A DNA stretch of 44,988 bases from sequence record SRR20825006_2606; one strand, 5' to 3'. The position numbers were made by a program, and so were the translations under genes. The notes below the pieces were generated by a model. It ran no database searches and had not been told where the DNA came from. It saw only the letters and a list, made by a program, of their open reading frames with translations. This document shows positions 17,761 to 29,743 of the stretch, one piece after another. Positions within the stretch are counted from its first letter, which is position 1, and the number at the start of each line of letters is the position of its first letter.

Positions 17761-17790
17761 AAAAAAAAGCTCTCCCAAAATGGGAGAGCT
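17761..17790 (-). terminator. Intrinsic terminator of the sigma/anti-sigma operon
   Basis: Minus strand AGCTCTCCCATTTTGGGAGAGC followed by T8. Confidence 0.88.
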
Positions 17791-17816
17791 AATAATAATA
17801 GAAGAAGTGGTATAAA

Positions 17817-18611
17817 TTACATGCTTCCCAAGAGATACATATCTCCAGTAGGCTGTGGTGATCCACCTTCAGGTTCTAAAGTAATCGCAAAAGCCCCATC
17901 CGAAGCCGACTGCTGAAACTGCTCAATCTTAAAGAAATTATCTTTTTCTGAATTATTAACAGCAAATACACCCGCGCTAATAGGCTGGTTATTTACCACA
18001 AACCAAAGTTGATAATCTTTACTAAGCGGTACATTGGGTAGATTAGCAACTTGGAGTAAAGCTTGCCCATTATCTTTATCCCAAACCACTTTTCCGTAAC
18101 CAGTTGGGTTAACATCTAAACCATCCATCAATATTAAGTCTACATCTCTAGCTTCTAGAATCGCCAGTAATTCCGATTTTTGATCTATTTCAGTTTTTAA
18201 CTCACGAATGGTCACGTCTCGTTGAGCTAGTAAATCAGATGAATTAGTAAGATCGTTTTTTAAGTTTTGGTTAAAGAAAAACAAACCTAACGAAAGCATC
18301 ATAAATACTACAGAAGCTGCGGCAGCAAATCTAAATCGGGGCAAGTAATGTACATTTGCTCCATGTTTAGAATTAACGGATGCCCAAGCCATCTGTAGAA
18401 GTTGTTCCTTAATATGCTCTGAAGGTTGTTGCTGAGTGGCTAAAAGTGCCATTTCTGACGCAATTATTTTCATGTCTTCAAAAAGCTGATTTTGTTCTTC
18501 GCTAGCAGATTCTAGAAGCGATAAAAACTCACTTTTTTCATCATTGGTTAATGCGTTAAGTACATAACCTGTACAAAGTTCTTCGAATTGATTATTTATT
18601 GAATTACTCAT
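17817..18611 (-). CDS. Anti-sigma factor, RskA (anti-sigma-K) family
   Basis: N-terminal GYVLNALTNDE, one TM helix, coiled coil, C-terminal KDYQLW...FAITLEPEGGSPQPTG RskA signature; 4-nt overlap with the sigma gene. Confidence 0.9.
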   Translation of the reverse strand: MSNSINNQFEELCTGYVLNALTNDEKSEFLSLLESASEEQNQLFEDMKIIASEMALLATQQQPSEHIKEQLLQMAWASVNSKHGANVHYLPRFRFAAAASVVFMMLSLGLFFFNQNLKNDLTNSSDLLAQRDVTIRELKTEIDQKSELLAILEARDVDLILMDGLDVNPTGYGKVVWDKDNGQALLQVANLPNVPLSKDYQLWFVVNNQPISAGVFAVNNSEKDNFFKIEQFQQSASDGAFAITLEPEGGSPQPTGDMYLLGSM

Positions 18612-19225
18612 AGTGCTAACTCTCCTCCAAGTAGCTCTCTTAGTTTTAACATCCCATCACGCATTCGCGTTTTAACTGTGCCCAAAGGAAGATCTAGTTT
18701 GTCTGAAATTTCAGATTGACTAAGCCCATCAAAATAAGCCACTTGAATAACGGTGCGTTGTTTTTCAGAAAGCTTCTGAAGCGCAGTGTAAAGTTGAGAA
18801 GCTCTTTCAGAAAGAATAGTACTTTCTAAAGGGCTGTTTTCGTCTGAATATAGAGGTTGAAATACATCATCATCATTCAAACTAGTTGACTGTCTTTTTT
18901 GCTCTTTGTAGACTTTCGATCGCAATCGGTCTATACCTTTGTTTCGAGTTAACGATACAATCCATGTATATGCAGATCCTCTTTCTGTATCAAATTGGTC
19001 TGCTTTTTGCCATATAGTTGTAAAAACCTCTTGCAATAAGTCTTCTGCTTCTTCTTTCTTTTTTAAAACGGAAAGTAGAAGGCCAAATAATATTTTGTGA
19101 TACTTGTCGTACAAGAGAGAGAGAGCAACAGGATCTTGTGAAGCTATGCGTTTCATCAAATCCCTATCCTTCTCATTATCTTGTGTTAAAAGCCTACCAA
19201 TGGCAGAAAGAATAAAAAATAGCAT
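18608..19225 (-). CDS. ECF RNA polymerase sigma factor (SigK-like)
   Basis: EAEDLLQEVF (region 2), WQKADQFDTERGS, AYFDGLSQSEISDKLDLPLGTVKTRMR (region 4); coupled to an RskA gene. Confidence 0.92.
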   Translation of the reverse strand: MLFFILSAIGRLLTQDNEKDRDLMKRIASQDPVALSLLYDKYHKILFGLLLSVLKKKEEAEDLLQEVFTTIWQKADQFDTERGSAYTWIVSLTRNKGIDRLRSKVYKEQKRQSTSLNDDDVFQPLYSDENSPLESTILSERASQLYTALQKLSEKQRTVIQVAYFDGLSQSEISDKLDLPLGTVKTRMRDGMLKLRELLGGELAL

Positions 19226-19248
19226 ATGTGTTTTGTTTCAGTAGTTAA

Positions 19249-19274
19249 TACGTAAGCAATGCAATCATGGATTG
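19249..19274 (-). promoter_or_regulatory. Putative autoregulatory ECF promoter
   Basis: CAATCCatgattgcattgcttaCGTA, 23 nt upstream of the sigma ATG; resembles ATCC-type -35 / CGTA -10 ECF promoters. Confidence 0.65.
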
Positions 19275-19313
19275 AACTTAGCTCGTTACTGTAAATTCAA
19301 ATAACGGTATTAT

Positions 19314-21338
19314 TTATAAAAAGACATCTAAGTTATTAACATCTGTAACAGGTTCTGCACATGAATAATTAGTGCAGATATAAATACTTGTTCGCCCGTC
19401 TTTCGGTAACAGATCTATAACGTAAGAAGAAAGAGCTCTTATTTTGTCTTCTTTTTGAGGCCTAAAAACAAGTACCTTTTGAGGATTAAACGCTGTTCTT
19501 ATAACCGAAATGAAAGGTTTAGTGTCTGTGTTTCCTTCAGAAATCACAATCTCTTTTGGATTATGATGAACAAACTGAATTGCAGAAATACCGAGTGTAA
19601 TACTTGAGCCCGCCCTAATAAGTTCACTCGAAAAGAATTTTCCTATAGCATCTGCCTTTTGCTCAAAATCGGTGATACCAGTAAGTTTACTTAAACGGAG
19701 TAAATTAAGCATCCCAACGGAATTTGCAGAAGGAATAGCTCCGTCGTAAATATGTTTCTGAAGACCTAAAGGCTGATCAGTAGAATCTTTAGTTTGGAAG
19801 AATCCACCAAGCTTAGAATCCCAGCATTTTTCAATCATTGCTTTATTGAATGAAAGCGCAGACTCCAAATAATCGGAATTAAAAGTGGCTTCATAAAGCT
19901 CAATGGCAGCCCAAACTAAAAATGCATAATCATCAGCGAACGCATCAATTTCAGCTTCACCTTGTTTATAACGGTGTTTTAAATTGCCATCAATAATCAA
20001 ATTCTTCTCTAAGAATTGGAATGATTTTTCAGCAGCATCCAAATAAGTTGAATTCTGAAGTACAGCTCCAGCTTTTGCAAGAGCAGCAATCATCAACGCA
20101 TTCCAGTCTGTGAGGACTTTATCATCTAAGAGAGGTTTAGCTCGATTGTTCCGCACCTCAAATAAAGAAGCACGAATGTCTTTGAATCGTAATTCTTCAG
20201 TACTGGAGAGAGCTTTCTTTAAATGAGGAATGTTATTTCCCGTAAGCTCCTTTGTGGCCTCATCTTCAAAATTACCCTCAGACCTAAATCGATATATATC
20301 CTTAAACCAAACAGCATCTTCAGTAGATAAAATGCTATCGATTTCCTGTTCCGACCAAATATAGAATTTCCCTTCTTCGCCTTCTGTATCGGCATCTTCG
20401 GCAGAATAGAAAGCTCCCGAAGGGTCGGTTAATTCTCTAGATACATACTCAGAAATCTCTTCAATCGTCTGTTTGAAGAGTGGATTTTGACAGACCTGAT
20501 AACCTTCGGTATAAGCCATCATTAGTAAAGCTTGATCGTACAACATTTTCTCAAAATGAGGGAGAAGCCATTGAGCATCCGTTGAATAACGATGAAAGCC
20601 AAAACCGACATGATCCCAAATACCACCTAAACGCATTGAGGTTAAGGTTGCTTCTACAGCATCTTTAAAGCGATTTTCTTTAGTATGATTCCATTGTCGT
20701 AGCAGAAACATCAAATTATGTGGACTTGGGAATTTTGGAGCCGAACCAAATCCTCCATTTTTATCATCATATTGCTGGGTTAATTGAGCCGCCGCAAAAT
20801 CAATGGCTTCAGTACCAGGAAATAAACCAGATTCAAACTCTTGTGATCTATCGAAACCACCTTGTATACTTTCTACGGCTTTCTGAACTCTTTCAGGTTC
20901 GTGATCCCACATTCCTTTTACACCAGGAATTAATTGCTTCAGACCAATTCTATTAAACCGAGCTTCTTTCGGTAAATATGTAGCAGCAAAAAAAGGTTTT
21001 TTGTCAGGGGTCATGATAATTGTTAATGGCCATCCGCCATGCCCATTTAGCATTTGGCAAACCATCATATAAGTACTATCAATCTCAGGGCGCTCTTCTC
21101 TATCTACCTTAATGTTAATGAATGCATCATTCAGTTTCGATGCGATTTCCTCATCCTCGAAACTCTCATGAGCCATCACGTGGCACCAATGGCATGTGGC
21201 ATAACCAATGGATAAGAAAATTGGTTTATTCTCAGATTTAGCTTTTTCAAAAGCTAAATCTCCCCAAGGATACCAATCAACGGGATTGTCTTTATGTTGA
21301 AGTAAATACGGGCTTTTTTCGTGTTCTAAACGGTTCAA
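19314..21338 (-). CDS. Thioredoxin domain-containing protein, YyaL/SPATA20 (DUF255) family
   Basis: [60 protein letters not shown] motifs; TTG start. Confidence 0.92.
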   Translation of the reverse strand: MNRLEHEKSPYLLQHKDNPVDWYPWGDLAFEKAKSENKPIFLSIGYATCHWCHVMAHESFEDEEIASKLNDAFINIKVDREERPEIDSTYMMVCQMLNGHGGWPLTIIMTPDKKPFFAATYLPKEARFNRIGLKQLIPGVKGMWDHEPERVQKAVESIQGGFDRSQEFESGLFPGTEAIDFAAAQLTQQYDDKNGGFGSAPKFPSPHNLMFLLRQWNHTKENRFKDAVEATLTSMRLGGIWDHVGFGFHRYSTDAQWLLPHFEKMLYDQALLMMAYTEGYQVCQNPLFKQTIEEISEYVSRELTDPSGAFYSAEDADTEGEEGKFYIWSEQEIDSILSTEDAVWFKDIYRFRSEGNFEDEATKELTGNNIPHLKKALSSTEELRFKDIRASLFEVRNNRAKPLLDDKVLTDWNALMIAALAKAGAVLQNSTYLDAAEKSFQFLEKNLIIDGNLKHRYKQGEAEIDAFADDYAFLVWAAIELYEATFNSDYLESALSFNKAMIEKCWDSKLGGFFQTKDSTDQPLGLQKHIYDGAIPSANSVGMLNLLRLSKLTGITDFEQKADAIGKFFSSELIRAGSSITLGISAIQFVHHNPKEIVISEGNTDTKPFISVIRTAFNPQKVLVFRPQKEDKIRALSSYVIDLLPKDGRTSIYICTNYSCAEPVTDVNNLDVFL

Positions 21339-21386
21339 AAGAATGGTTTTTAAAATGAAATATGGTTAGATCTGACTTCTAGAAAA

Positions 21387-21875
21387 TTAACTATCAAGAT
21401 CTTTTTTGAATCTCTGGCTATAATCAACAATAAATCGCTCGTAAGGAGCATCCATCAGTTTAGAAGAAATCAAAAAATCTGCGGAAGAACGATTACATGC
21501 TAATGGGATATTATAAACCACACTAATTCTCAGTAATGCTTTAACGTCAACATCATGAGGTTGAGCTTGTAATGGATCCCAAAAGAATATCATTATATCG
21601 ATTTGGTTATCAATAATTGCGGAGCCAATTTGTAAATCGCCCCCTAGTGGCCCACTTTTGAATGTGTAAACTGGGAGTTTGAGTTTTTCTGCAGCTAGTG
21701 AGCCAGTAGTTCCAGTTCCAAATAAGTTGTGTTGGGCTAAGGAGTCTCTATTATAAAACGCCCAATCTAGCAAATCCATTTTTCGATGGTCATGAGCAAT
21801 AAGAGCAATGTTTTTTTTAGGTTTCATTGCTATGATGGAGTTAGCAATGGAAGGGTGGTGTATTTTCTTTGCCAT
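21387..21875 (-). CDS. mgsA: Methylglyoxal synthase
   Basis: IALIAHD, GTGTTG, SGPLGGDLQIG, FFWDPLQAQPHDVDVKALLR motifs; alternative start at 21827. Confidence 0.95.
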   Translation of the reverse strand: MAKKIHHPSIANSIIAMKPKKNIALIAHDHRKMDLLDWAFYNRDSLAQHNLFGTGTTGSLAAEKLKLPVYTFKSGPLGGDLQIGSAIIDNQIDIMIFFWDPLQAQPHDVDVKALLRISVVYNIPLACNRSSADFLISSKLMDAPYERFIVDYSQRFKKDLDS

Positions 21876-21948
21876 AATTTTTTATTGGCAATATACATTA
21901 ATCAAAGCATCATCGCTTTGTTATAGCCGAGGATATTGAAGGGATAAA

Positions 21949-23796
21949 TTAAATTACGAGGCGTAACTGAGAGCGTTCCATCCGGATTTGTTTCACTCTA
22001 AATGATTCATTATCGAATCCTTTGAGCTCTTTTTGGCTATCTTTTATAAAAAGAGTGTCTCTGTTTCTTTCTAAATACAGTTTTACGTCTTCATTATTAT
22101 AAAAGGCCTCTGAAACAACAATCTCTTTCTCTTTGGCTACATCAACTAAGCGAGAAGCAATATTTACTGAGGTTCCAAAATAATCGATTCTATCGTTTAA
22201 ATTTACCGTGGTGCAATCACCTAAATGAATGCCAGCTTTAAGTTTGAAAGCATCGCCCATTCCCGTTGAGCTTGAAAAAATTTGCTGAATTCGTTCAACA
22301 GCTTTTAGTGCGGAAACCGGTTCTCTAAAAACAGCCATTACCGAATCACCGATAGTTTTAACAATTCCTCCACGTTCTTCGGCCACAATTTGCTGTATAA
22401 TTTTGAAATGGCTCATCAGTTGACCAATAGCAAACTCATCACCTTCTTGAACATATAAATCGGTAGAATTCATTAAATCGGTAAACAAGATGCTTACATT
22501 AGTAGCTAATATTTTTTCGCCATCATTTAGGATTTCTTTCGCAAATAATGTTCTAAAATCATGAGAGGAAGTTACTTCAGATGCGTAGATAGCCTCCTGT
22601 TTCCAGTTCTCTTTTTCCAAATAGCACACAACCTTTTGAGAGGAATGGTTGATAATTGTGAGGTTTGGTTTTGTAGAAATAACAGCCTCTTGTCCTGAAA
22701 AGTCGTCGTCTTTGATATAAAGTGTAATAGTTTCCGGGCCGTCTTCACGAACATGAAGTTTCAAAACACCGTCATGTTGGTACGTTTTAAAAATATATGT
22801 GCCTTCTTCGAGCCGGACATTTAGATACTGTTTTTCACCAATTTTTAAAAAATGTTGTGTCGCTCTGTAAGGAGTATTTTGTGGCCCACCAAAGCAATAT
22901 TTTTTAGCTGAAAGCTTTCTTATTAGTGGGTTTGGAGTAAATACTAAGTGTATATTTTTATTAAAATCAATGTTGTAGCTGATATTGCATTCCTCACAAT
23001 GCAAATTATCGTGAGTATCAGTCATTTTTCTAAAACTATGAGTAAGTGCTTTACAGTTCGGGCACGATATATCCCATTGGAAATCAAGCAAGTCTAACTT
23101 CGCAGCGTGAAGAAAAACATTGAGCACTGAATATTTTTTTTCCCCCCAATACTCTGCTAATTTATAGGGATGAATTGCACGTAACTCAGCATCATCGGCT
23201 TTTCTTAGGTAATCAAAAAGATGGTTAATAATTCTTTGTCGACGAGTGTTTGCAAGGAGTTTTTTTCGAATCAGTTTCATTCTTTTTCCTGCACCTCGAA
23301 CGAGGTTTTTTTCCTGTGCTAACTCATACGTTAGTAAATTATCAACAGCGCAGGCATCAATCCTATGTAAGAACTTCGTAAACCTTTGGCGAAGAACTCT
23401 TGTAATGTATAAACTAAGAGGAAGTGAGAATAGCTTATTGATGGAAAGAATCCATATGCGTAGATGAACAGAAGTGCCTGCAGAATTCTTACTTAATGTA
23501 AATAATAGGCGAACATTCTTAAGAAGTCCGATTTTATAATGCCTTGTACAGCCAAAACGGTAAGGCTTCTCCCACATATAAGGTTCCTCTTGCCACACAA
23601 GGTGTGAGCTTAACCGAGTTGAAGCTAGCTCTAAAAAACCTTTGGAAGAGCTTCTAGAAAAAGGAGTTTTCTGGATTGGGTATAACCTAATATTCCTGAA
23701 AATACTATTTGTATCAGAAATTAGTGGCCATAGCTGTTCAGGGGTGGCCTTAAGTTGAAACTTCCAACTAAAAAAATGTTTATGTCTGTCCTTCAT
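21949..23796 (-). CDS. Class III adenylate/guanylate cyclase with N-terminal SRPBCC-like and DUF5939-like Zn-ribbon region
   Basis: C-terminal LFTDLMNST, VKTIGDSVM, KAGIHLG, IDYFGTSVNIASRL; N-terminal ATPEQLWPLISDTN; CPNC...HCEEC; ATG 23796 preferred. Confidence 0.85.
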   Translation of the reverse strand: MKDRHKHFFSWKFQLKATPEQLWPLISDTNSIFRNIRLYPIQKTPFSRSSSKGFLELASTRLSSHLVWQEEPYMWEKPYRFGCTRHYKIGLLKNVRLLFTLSKNSAGTSVHLRIWILSINKLFSLPLSLYITRVLRQRFTKFLHRIDACAVDNLLTYELAQEKNLVRGAGKRMKLIRKKLLANTRRQRIINHLFDYLRKADDAELRAIHPYKLAEYWGEKKYSVLNVFLHAAKLDLLDFQWDISCPNCKALTHSFRKMTDTHDNLHCEECNISYNIDFNKNIHLVFTPNPLIRKLSAKKYCFGGPQNTPYRATQHFLKIGEKQYLNVRLEEGTYIFKTYQHDGVLKLHVREDGPETITLYIKDDDFSGQEAVISTKPNLTIINHSSQKVVCYLEKENWKQEAIYASEVTSSHDFRTLFAKEILNDGEKILATNVSILFTDLMNSTDLYVQEGDEFAIGQLMSHFKIIQQIVAEERGGIVKTIGDSVMAVFREPVSALKAVERIQQIFSSSTGMGDAFKLKAGIHLGDCTTVNLNDRIDYFGTSVNIASRLVDVAKEKEIVVSEAFYNNEDVKLYLERNRDTLFIKDSQKELKGFDNESFRVKQIRMERSQLRLVI

Positions 23797-23920
23797 ATTT
23801 AAAAGAAAACCTGGCAATGAGGTATAACTCGATAATTGTTTGCTGAACTCGTATCTTTAGTCACCATTTTGAAGAGGATATCTTAAAATGGTTGTTACAA
23901 AATTTTAATAATACATAACA

Positions 23921-24352
23921 ATGGCAATAGAAAGAACTTTGACTATTCTGAAACCTGATTGTGTTCGTAAAGAACTAATTGGGGAAGTAACTCAGCGCAT
24001 CCAAGAAGCTGGATTTACTATTCTTGCAATGAAATTGACAAGACTAACAATGGAAACTGCGGGCGGCTTTTATGCGGTTCATAAAGAACGTCCTTTTTAT
24101 GGCGAGCTATGTGAATTCATGAGTAGCGGAGCGTGTGTACCTATGATTCTTGAAAAAGAAAACGCAGTAGCAGACTTTAGAAAACTTATTGGTGCTACAA
24201 ATCCAGCTGAAGCAGAAGAAGGCACAATTCGTGCTGCATTTGCTGATAGTTTAGGTGAAAACATCATTCACGGTTCTGACTCTGTTGAGAATGGATTGCT
24301 TGAAGGAGCGTATTTCTTTACTGAATCTGAAGTAGTAGCTAATAGAGCTTAA
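23921..24352 (+). CDS. ndk: Nucleoside diphosphate kinase
   Basis: [38 protein letters not shown] motifs. Confidence 0.97.
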   Translation: MAIERTLTILKPDCVRKELIGEVTQRIQEAGFTILAMKLTRLTMETAGGFYAVHKERPFYGELCEFMSSGACVPMILEKENAVADFRKLIGATNPAEAEEGTIRAAFADSLGENIIHGSDSVENGLLEGAYFFTESEVVANRA

Positions 24353-24376
24353 AAAATACTTCTAATTCCGTTTTTT

Positions 24377-24408
24377 AAAAGCAGCCTTTTTAAAAGGTTG
24401 CTTTTTTT
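24377..24408 (+). terminator. Intrinsic terminator after ndk
   Basis: AAAAGCAGCCTTTTTAAAAGGTTGC followed by T7. Confidence 0.8.
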
Positions 24409-24440
24409 ATTTGTGCCTCAGTTAATGATTCATAAATTCC

Positions 24441-25676
24441 ATGATGAAACTAACACAATATATTCTCCCGATTCTATACCTAGCGGTAGCATTAAACTGC
24501 TCCCCTAAAGAATTTCCCCAACCTGCTGTTGTAAAAACCGGCGCAGAAGTTCTTATCCAAGAACACCTACCAGAGCTTAAAGGTAAGAAAGTGGGGCTTT
24601 TTATGAATCCAACAGCTCGGATAGGAGATGTACATGTCTTGGATACTTTGCTGACCCTTGGGGTTGAAGTAACAGCTCTATTTGCACCAGAACATGGATT
24701 TAGAGGTGATGCTGGCGCTGGAGAAAGTATAAAGTCTGGAATTGATAGCGCATCAGGATTACCAGTCCACTCTCTGTATGCTGGAGGTAAAATTCTAAAG
24801 CCTTCTCCTGAAGTTTTAAATACACTAGATATTATTCTTTTTGATATGCAGGATGTTGGCGCTCGATTCTACACGTATAATGTTTCTATGAAATTACTGT
24901 TAGAAGCTGTTGCAGAAACAGGTACTGAAGTTTGGATACTCGATCGACCAAATCCTGCAGGAGGCGAGTATGTTGCCGGCTGGATATTAGAAGATGAATA
25001 CCGCTCTTTTGTTGGGGATTACCCAATACCAATCGCACACGGTTTAACTCTTGGAGAGCTTGCATTGATGGCCGTTGGAGAAAGTTGGCTAGAAGCAACA
25101 AAGCCCGTAAATGTTAAGATAATCCAAATGGAAGGCTGGAAGCGATCTTACAAATGGCCAGATACTGGATTAAATTGGTTCCCACCATCACCTAATCTTC
25201 CAGCTTTTGAAAATGCATACGCATATTTAGGAACCTGTTTTATTGAAGGAACAAGCTTATCTGAGGGTAGAGGTACAGATAACCCATTTTTAATTTTAGG
25301 CGCACCAAATACGAAGGTTCAATTAAAAGAACTGGCTGAGATTGGCGCAAATTATGGTGTTCAACTTGATACAGTTTCGTTTACTCCAAGATCAATTCCA
25401 GGCAAATCTTTAAATCCCAAACATAAAGATTCAAAAAGCTTTGGCGTTAATATTGTAAGTCTGTCCACAAAAGAGAAGAGTCTTGAAGACCCTGTGAAAT
25501 TTGGAATTGAGTTGATGTATATACTAATGGATGCTACCCCCAAAGCCGAGTACAAAAGCTTTATTAAGAAACTATCTGGGACAGATAAAATTCTTAATAA
25601 GCAAGAACTGGATTCGTGGGGTTCGAACTTTGAAAATTATGTAACTAAAAGAAAAGCTTACTTAATTTACGATTGA
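24441..25676 (+). CDS. namZ: Exo-beta-N-acetylmuramidase NamZ (DUF1343/YbbC family), probable lipoprotein
   Basis: LFAPEHGFRG, FDMQDVGARFYTY, LDRPNP, HGLTLGELA, PPSPNLP, SEGRGT motifs; Cys after the signal peptide. Confidence 0.85.
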   Translation: MMKLTQYILPILYLAVALNCSPKEFPQPAVVKTGAEVLIQEHLPELKGKKVGLFMNPTARIGDVHVLDTLLTLGVEVTALFAPEHGFRGDAGAGESIKSGIDSASGLPVHSLYAGGKILKPSPEVLNTLDIILFDMQDVGARFYTYNVSMKLLLEAVAETGTEVWILDRPNPAGGEYVAGWILEDEYRSFVGDYPIPIAHGLTLGELALMAVGESWLEATKPVNVKIIQMEGWKRSYKWPDTGLNWFPPSPNLPAFENAYAYLGTCFIEGTSLSEGRGTDNPFLILGAPNTKVQLKELAEIGANYGVQLDTVSFTPRSIPGKSLNPKHKDSKSFGVNIVSLSTKEKSLEDPVKFGIELMYILMDATPKAEYKSFIKKLSGTDKILNKQELDSWGSNFENYVTKRKAYLIYD

Positions 25677-26410
25677 CGTCTTCGCCATTCATAGCAGACT
25701 AGAGCAGCGCTTACTGATGCGTTTAAGGATTCAACGTCGTTCGTCATTGGAAGCGTAACGGAGTCGGAACATTTTTTAAGTATATTCTTTTCGATTCCTC
25801 GTCCTTCATTACCAACTAAAAACGCAACAGGCTTATTGAAGTCCTTCTCCCAAACTGTTTTGGTAGCTTCTCCGGAGAGTGCAACAACTTCAAATCCAGC
25901 GGCAGTTAAATCTTTTATGCCTTGGTTAGAATCATGTACTCTAATAATCGGAATTCTTCCAGCAGTACCTGCCGAAGTTTTGAATACGGTTGCATTAATC
26001 GGAGCTTGCCCTTGCCCTGAAACTAAAACTGCTGAAATACCAGAAGCTGCTGCTGTTCTAAGGATAGCTCCAAAGTTGTGAGGGTCTTCAATTCCATCAA
26101 GAAGCAAGACCGCAGGATTGTTACTTTGGTCTAGAGTTTCTACCCAATCAAAGAAGTTTGCATACTTGACGATACTCATCAATGCAACAAAACCTTGATC
26201 GTTTACTCTTCCAACAAGGTTATCAATTTTAACTTGCGGAACCTTAGAAACAGGAATTAGGTTCTCAGAAATGAGATCTGTGATTTCAGATATGGTAGAT
26301 GGTTGAATAGAATTTTTAATAAAAATCTTTTCAATTTCATCAGGACGTTGTTGTAGGGCCTCTAAAATAGGCTTACGACCATAAATGAAAATATTTTTAA
26401 TATTTTGCAT
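25667..26410 (-). CDS. rlmB: 23S rRNA (guanosine-2251-2'-O)-methyltransferase (SpoU family)
   Basis: YGRKPILEAL, DGIEDPHNFGAILRTA, KTSAG, VGNEGRGI, ESLNASVS motifs. Confidence 0.9.
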   Translation of the reverse strand: MQNIKNIFIYGRKPILEALQQRPDEIEKIFIKNSIQPSTISEITDLISENLIPVSKVPQVKIDNLVGRVNDQGFVALMSIVKYANFFDWVETLDQSNNPAVLLLDGIEDPHNFGAILRTAAASGISAVLVSGQGQAPINATVFKTSAGTAGRIPIIRVHDSNQGIKDLTAAGFEVVALSGEATKTVWEKDFNKPVAFLVGNEGRGIEKNILKKCSDSVTLPMTNDVESLNASVSAALVCYEWRRRQS

Positions 26411-26484
26411 AATTATTTTATTGTTATGACACTTTTACTATAATGTAGTAATAAAAGTCGTGTGTGAGTCTAAATAATAAGGAC

Positions 26485-26835
26485 ATGTTTGAGCAATCTA
26501 AAGAGAAATATCCGTTAACTTCGGAAAGTTTATCGCTAAAGAATAAATCTAAGACAGGTAAGGTCAACGAATCTGTTTTTTTAAGTCGTATCCAGTCAGT
26601 AAATATACTGCATTTTATATCTGCCACCGCGCAGCTTTTTTTAGGAGTTTGCGTGGTAGCGCTTTCATTGGCTGAATTAATTCACCCAACTTGGCTAGCA
26701 ACTGTAATGACAGTACTAGGTAGCCTTACTAGCGTTATAGGTTTGTATTTTATGTATAACATTTTTTCAAGTATTGGAACCTTCGATTCTTTGCTTAATA
26801 AAGCAATAAAAAGAGTGATTACTTTCCAGAATTAA
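26485..26835 (+). CDS. Hypothetical membrane protein (2 TM helices)
   Basis: ATG 26485 preceded by TAAGGA; two hydrophobic segments; no family recognised. Confidence 0.6.
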   Translation: MFEQSKEKYPLTSESLSLKNKSKTGKVNESVFLSRIQSVNILHFISATAQLFLGVCVVALSLAELIHPTWLATVMTVLGSLTSVIGLYFMYNIFSSIGTFDSLLNKAIKRVITFQN

Positions 26836-26924
26836 CTATTGGCTTGTGTTTTGATTCTAAAGGATTGAAGCTAATTCGATACATTGAGATTTTTGTATCG
26901 TCAATATAAGTATGGCTTTAAGTC

Positions 26925-27827
26925 ATGAAGTATAGAATATTAGCTTTACAGTTAGTAATGTTAGGCATCAATACATTTGTGCTTTATGCCCAAGGTAGCA
27001 TAATGAAATACGAGCATAAGTCACTCATAAAAAATACTATGGATACTAATGATAATGGGTTTATTGTAATCGCTCATCGTGGTGCACGTGCTTATTACCC
27101 TGAGAACACAATGGCTGCATTTAGGGCGGCGATTGATTTCGATGCTGAAATGTTGGAGTTAGATGTGCAGCTAAGCAAAGACAATATTCCTGTAATTTTT
27201 CATGATACAAAGCTAGATAAAAAAACAAATGGCTCCGGTTTCGTTTCCGATTATACATTGGAACAACTGCAAGAATTAGACGCAGGATCATGGTTTGACG
27301 AGAAGTTTAAAGGAGAAAAAATTCCAACTCTTGTGGAGCTTTTGGAATATGCTAGAGGTAGAATTTCAGTAAATATTGAGATCAAAACGGAAGCTGTGAA
27401 AGATGTTGCTCTCTATAATTCTGAAAATAGTGTGGAGAAGCAAGTAGTAGCACTTATAAAAGCTCTGGGTATGAAAAGCAGTGTGATGGTATCAAGCTTT
27501 GATTACAGAGCCGTTAAAAGAATTAAAGAGCTTGATCCAGAAATTTATACAGCACTTTTGTACGAAAAGGAGCAGTCAAATGGATTAAACCCTAAAGAGC
27601 TTGTAGACTTGTATCATGTTGATGCATTCAACTGTAGTGGTAGAGAGTTAAACCGAAAGTGGCTCGATATTTTAAATCACAATGAAATTCCTTTTTTTGT
27701 GTACACCATTAACGAAGCTACACAAATGAAAAAGGTAATAGAAGCAGGTGCTAAAGGTATATTTTCTGATAAACCAGACTTACTCAAGCAAGTTTCTGAT
27801 GAGATGTTCCCCTCCAAAACAGAATAA
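26925..27827 (+). CDS. Glycerophosphodiester phosphodiesterase
   Basis: IAHRGARAYYPENTMAAF, ELDVQLSKD, FHD, NIEIK, SSFD, YTIN, IFSDKP motifs; N-terminal signal peptide. Confidence 0.92.
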   Translation: MKYRILALQLVMLGINTFVLYAQGSIMKYEHKSLIKNTMDTNDNGFIVIAHRGARAYYPENTMAAFRAAIDFDAEMLELDVQLSKDNIPVIFHDTKLDKKTNGSGFVSDYTLEQLQELDAGSWFDEKFKGEKIPTLVELLEYARGRISVNIEIKTEAVKDVALYNSENSVEKQVVALIKALGMKSSVMVSSFDYRAVKRIKELDPEIYTALLYEKEQSNGLNPKELVDLYHVDAFNCSGRELNRKWLDILNHNEIPFFVYTINEATQMKKVIEAGAKGIFSDKPDLLKQVSDEMFPSKTE

Positions 27828-27867
27828 AATCCATTTTGTTAAATCATTTATTGAACGGGGACTGTGA

Positions 27868-29559
<1,692 letters not shown>

Positions 29560-29592
29560 TTTTAATACTCTCGTTTCTGTATAATAATCTTT

Positions 29593-29629
29593 AAAAAGGA
29601 ATGTAGTTCACCACTACATTCCTTTTTTT
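29593..29629 (+). terminator. Intrinsic terminator after pyrG
   Basis: AAAAAGGAATGTAGT-N5-ACTACATTCC followed by T7. Confidence 0.88.
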
Positions 29630-29743
29630 GTTAGATAAACAATTCAAGTTTGTGTTATATCTGCCCATGTAAAAGGTTGGTATAAATTTTATCAATCCTA
29701 AAATGATTGTTTATATTGAACTGATCTTAAATTAAATATACTT

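Noticed and set aside
25667-25676. Overlap of convergent namZ and rlmB 3' ends
   Set aside because: A 10-nt tail overlap is common in compact genomes.
26877-26902. CGATAC-N16-CGTC upstream of the glycerophosphodiesterase gene
   Set aside because: Atypical -35, also explainable as a short inverted repeat (CGATACA/TGTATCG); single instance.
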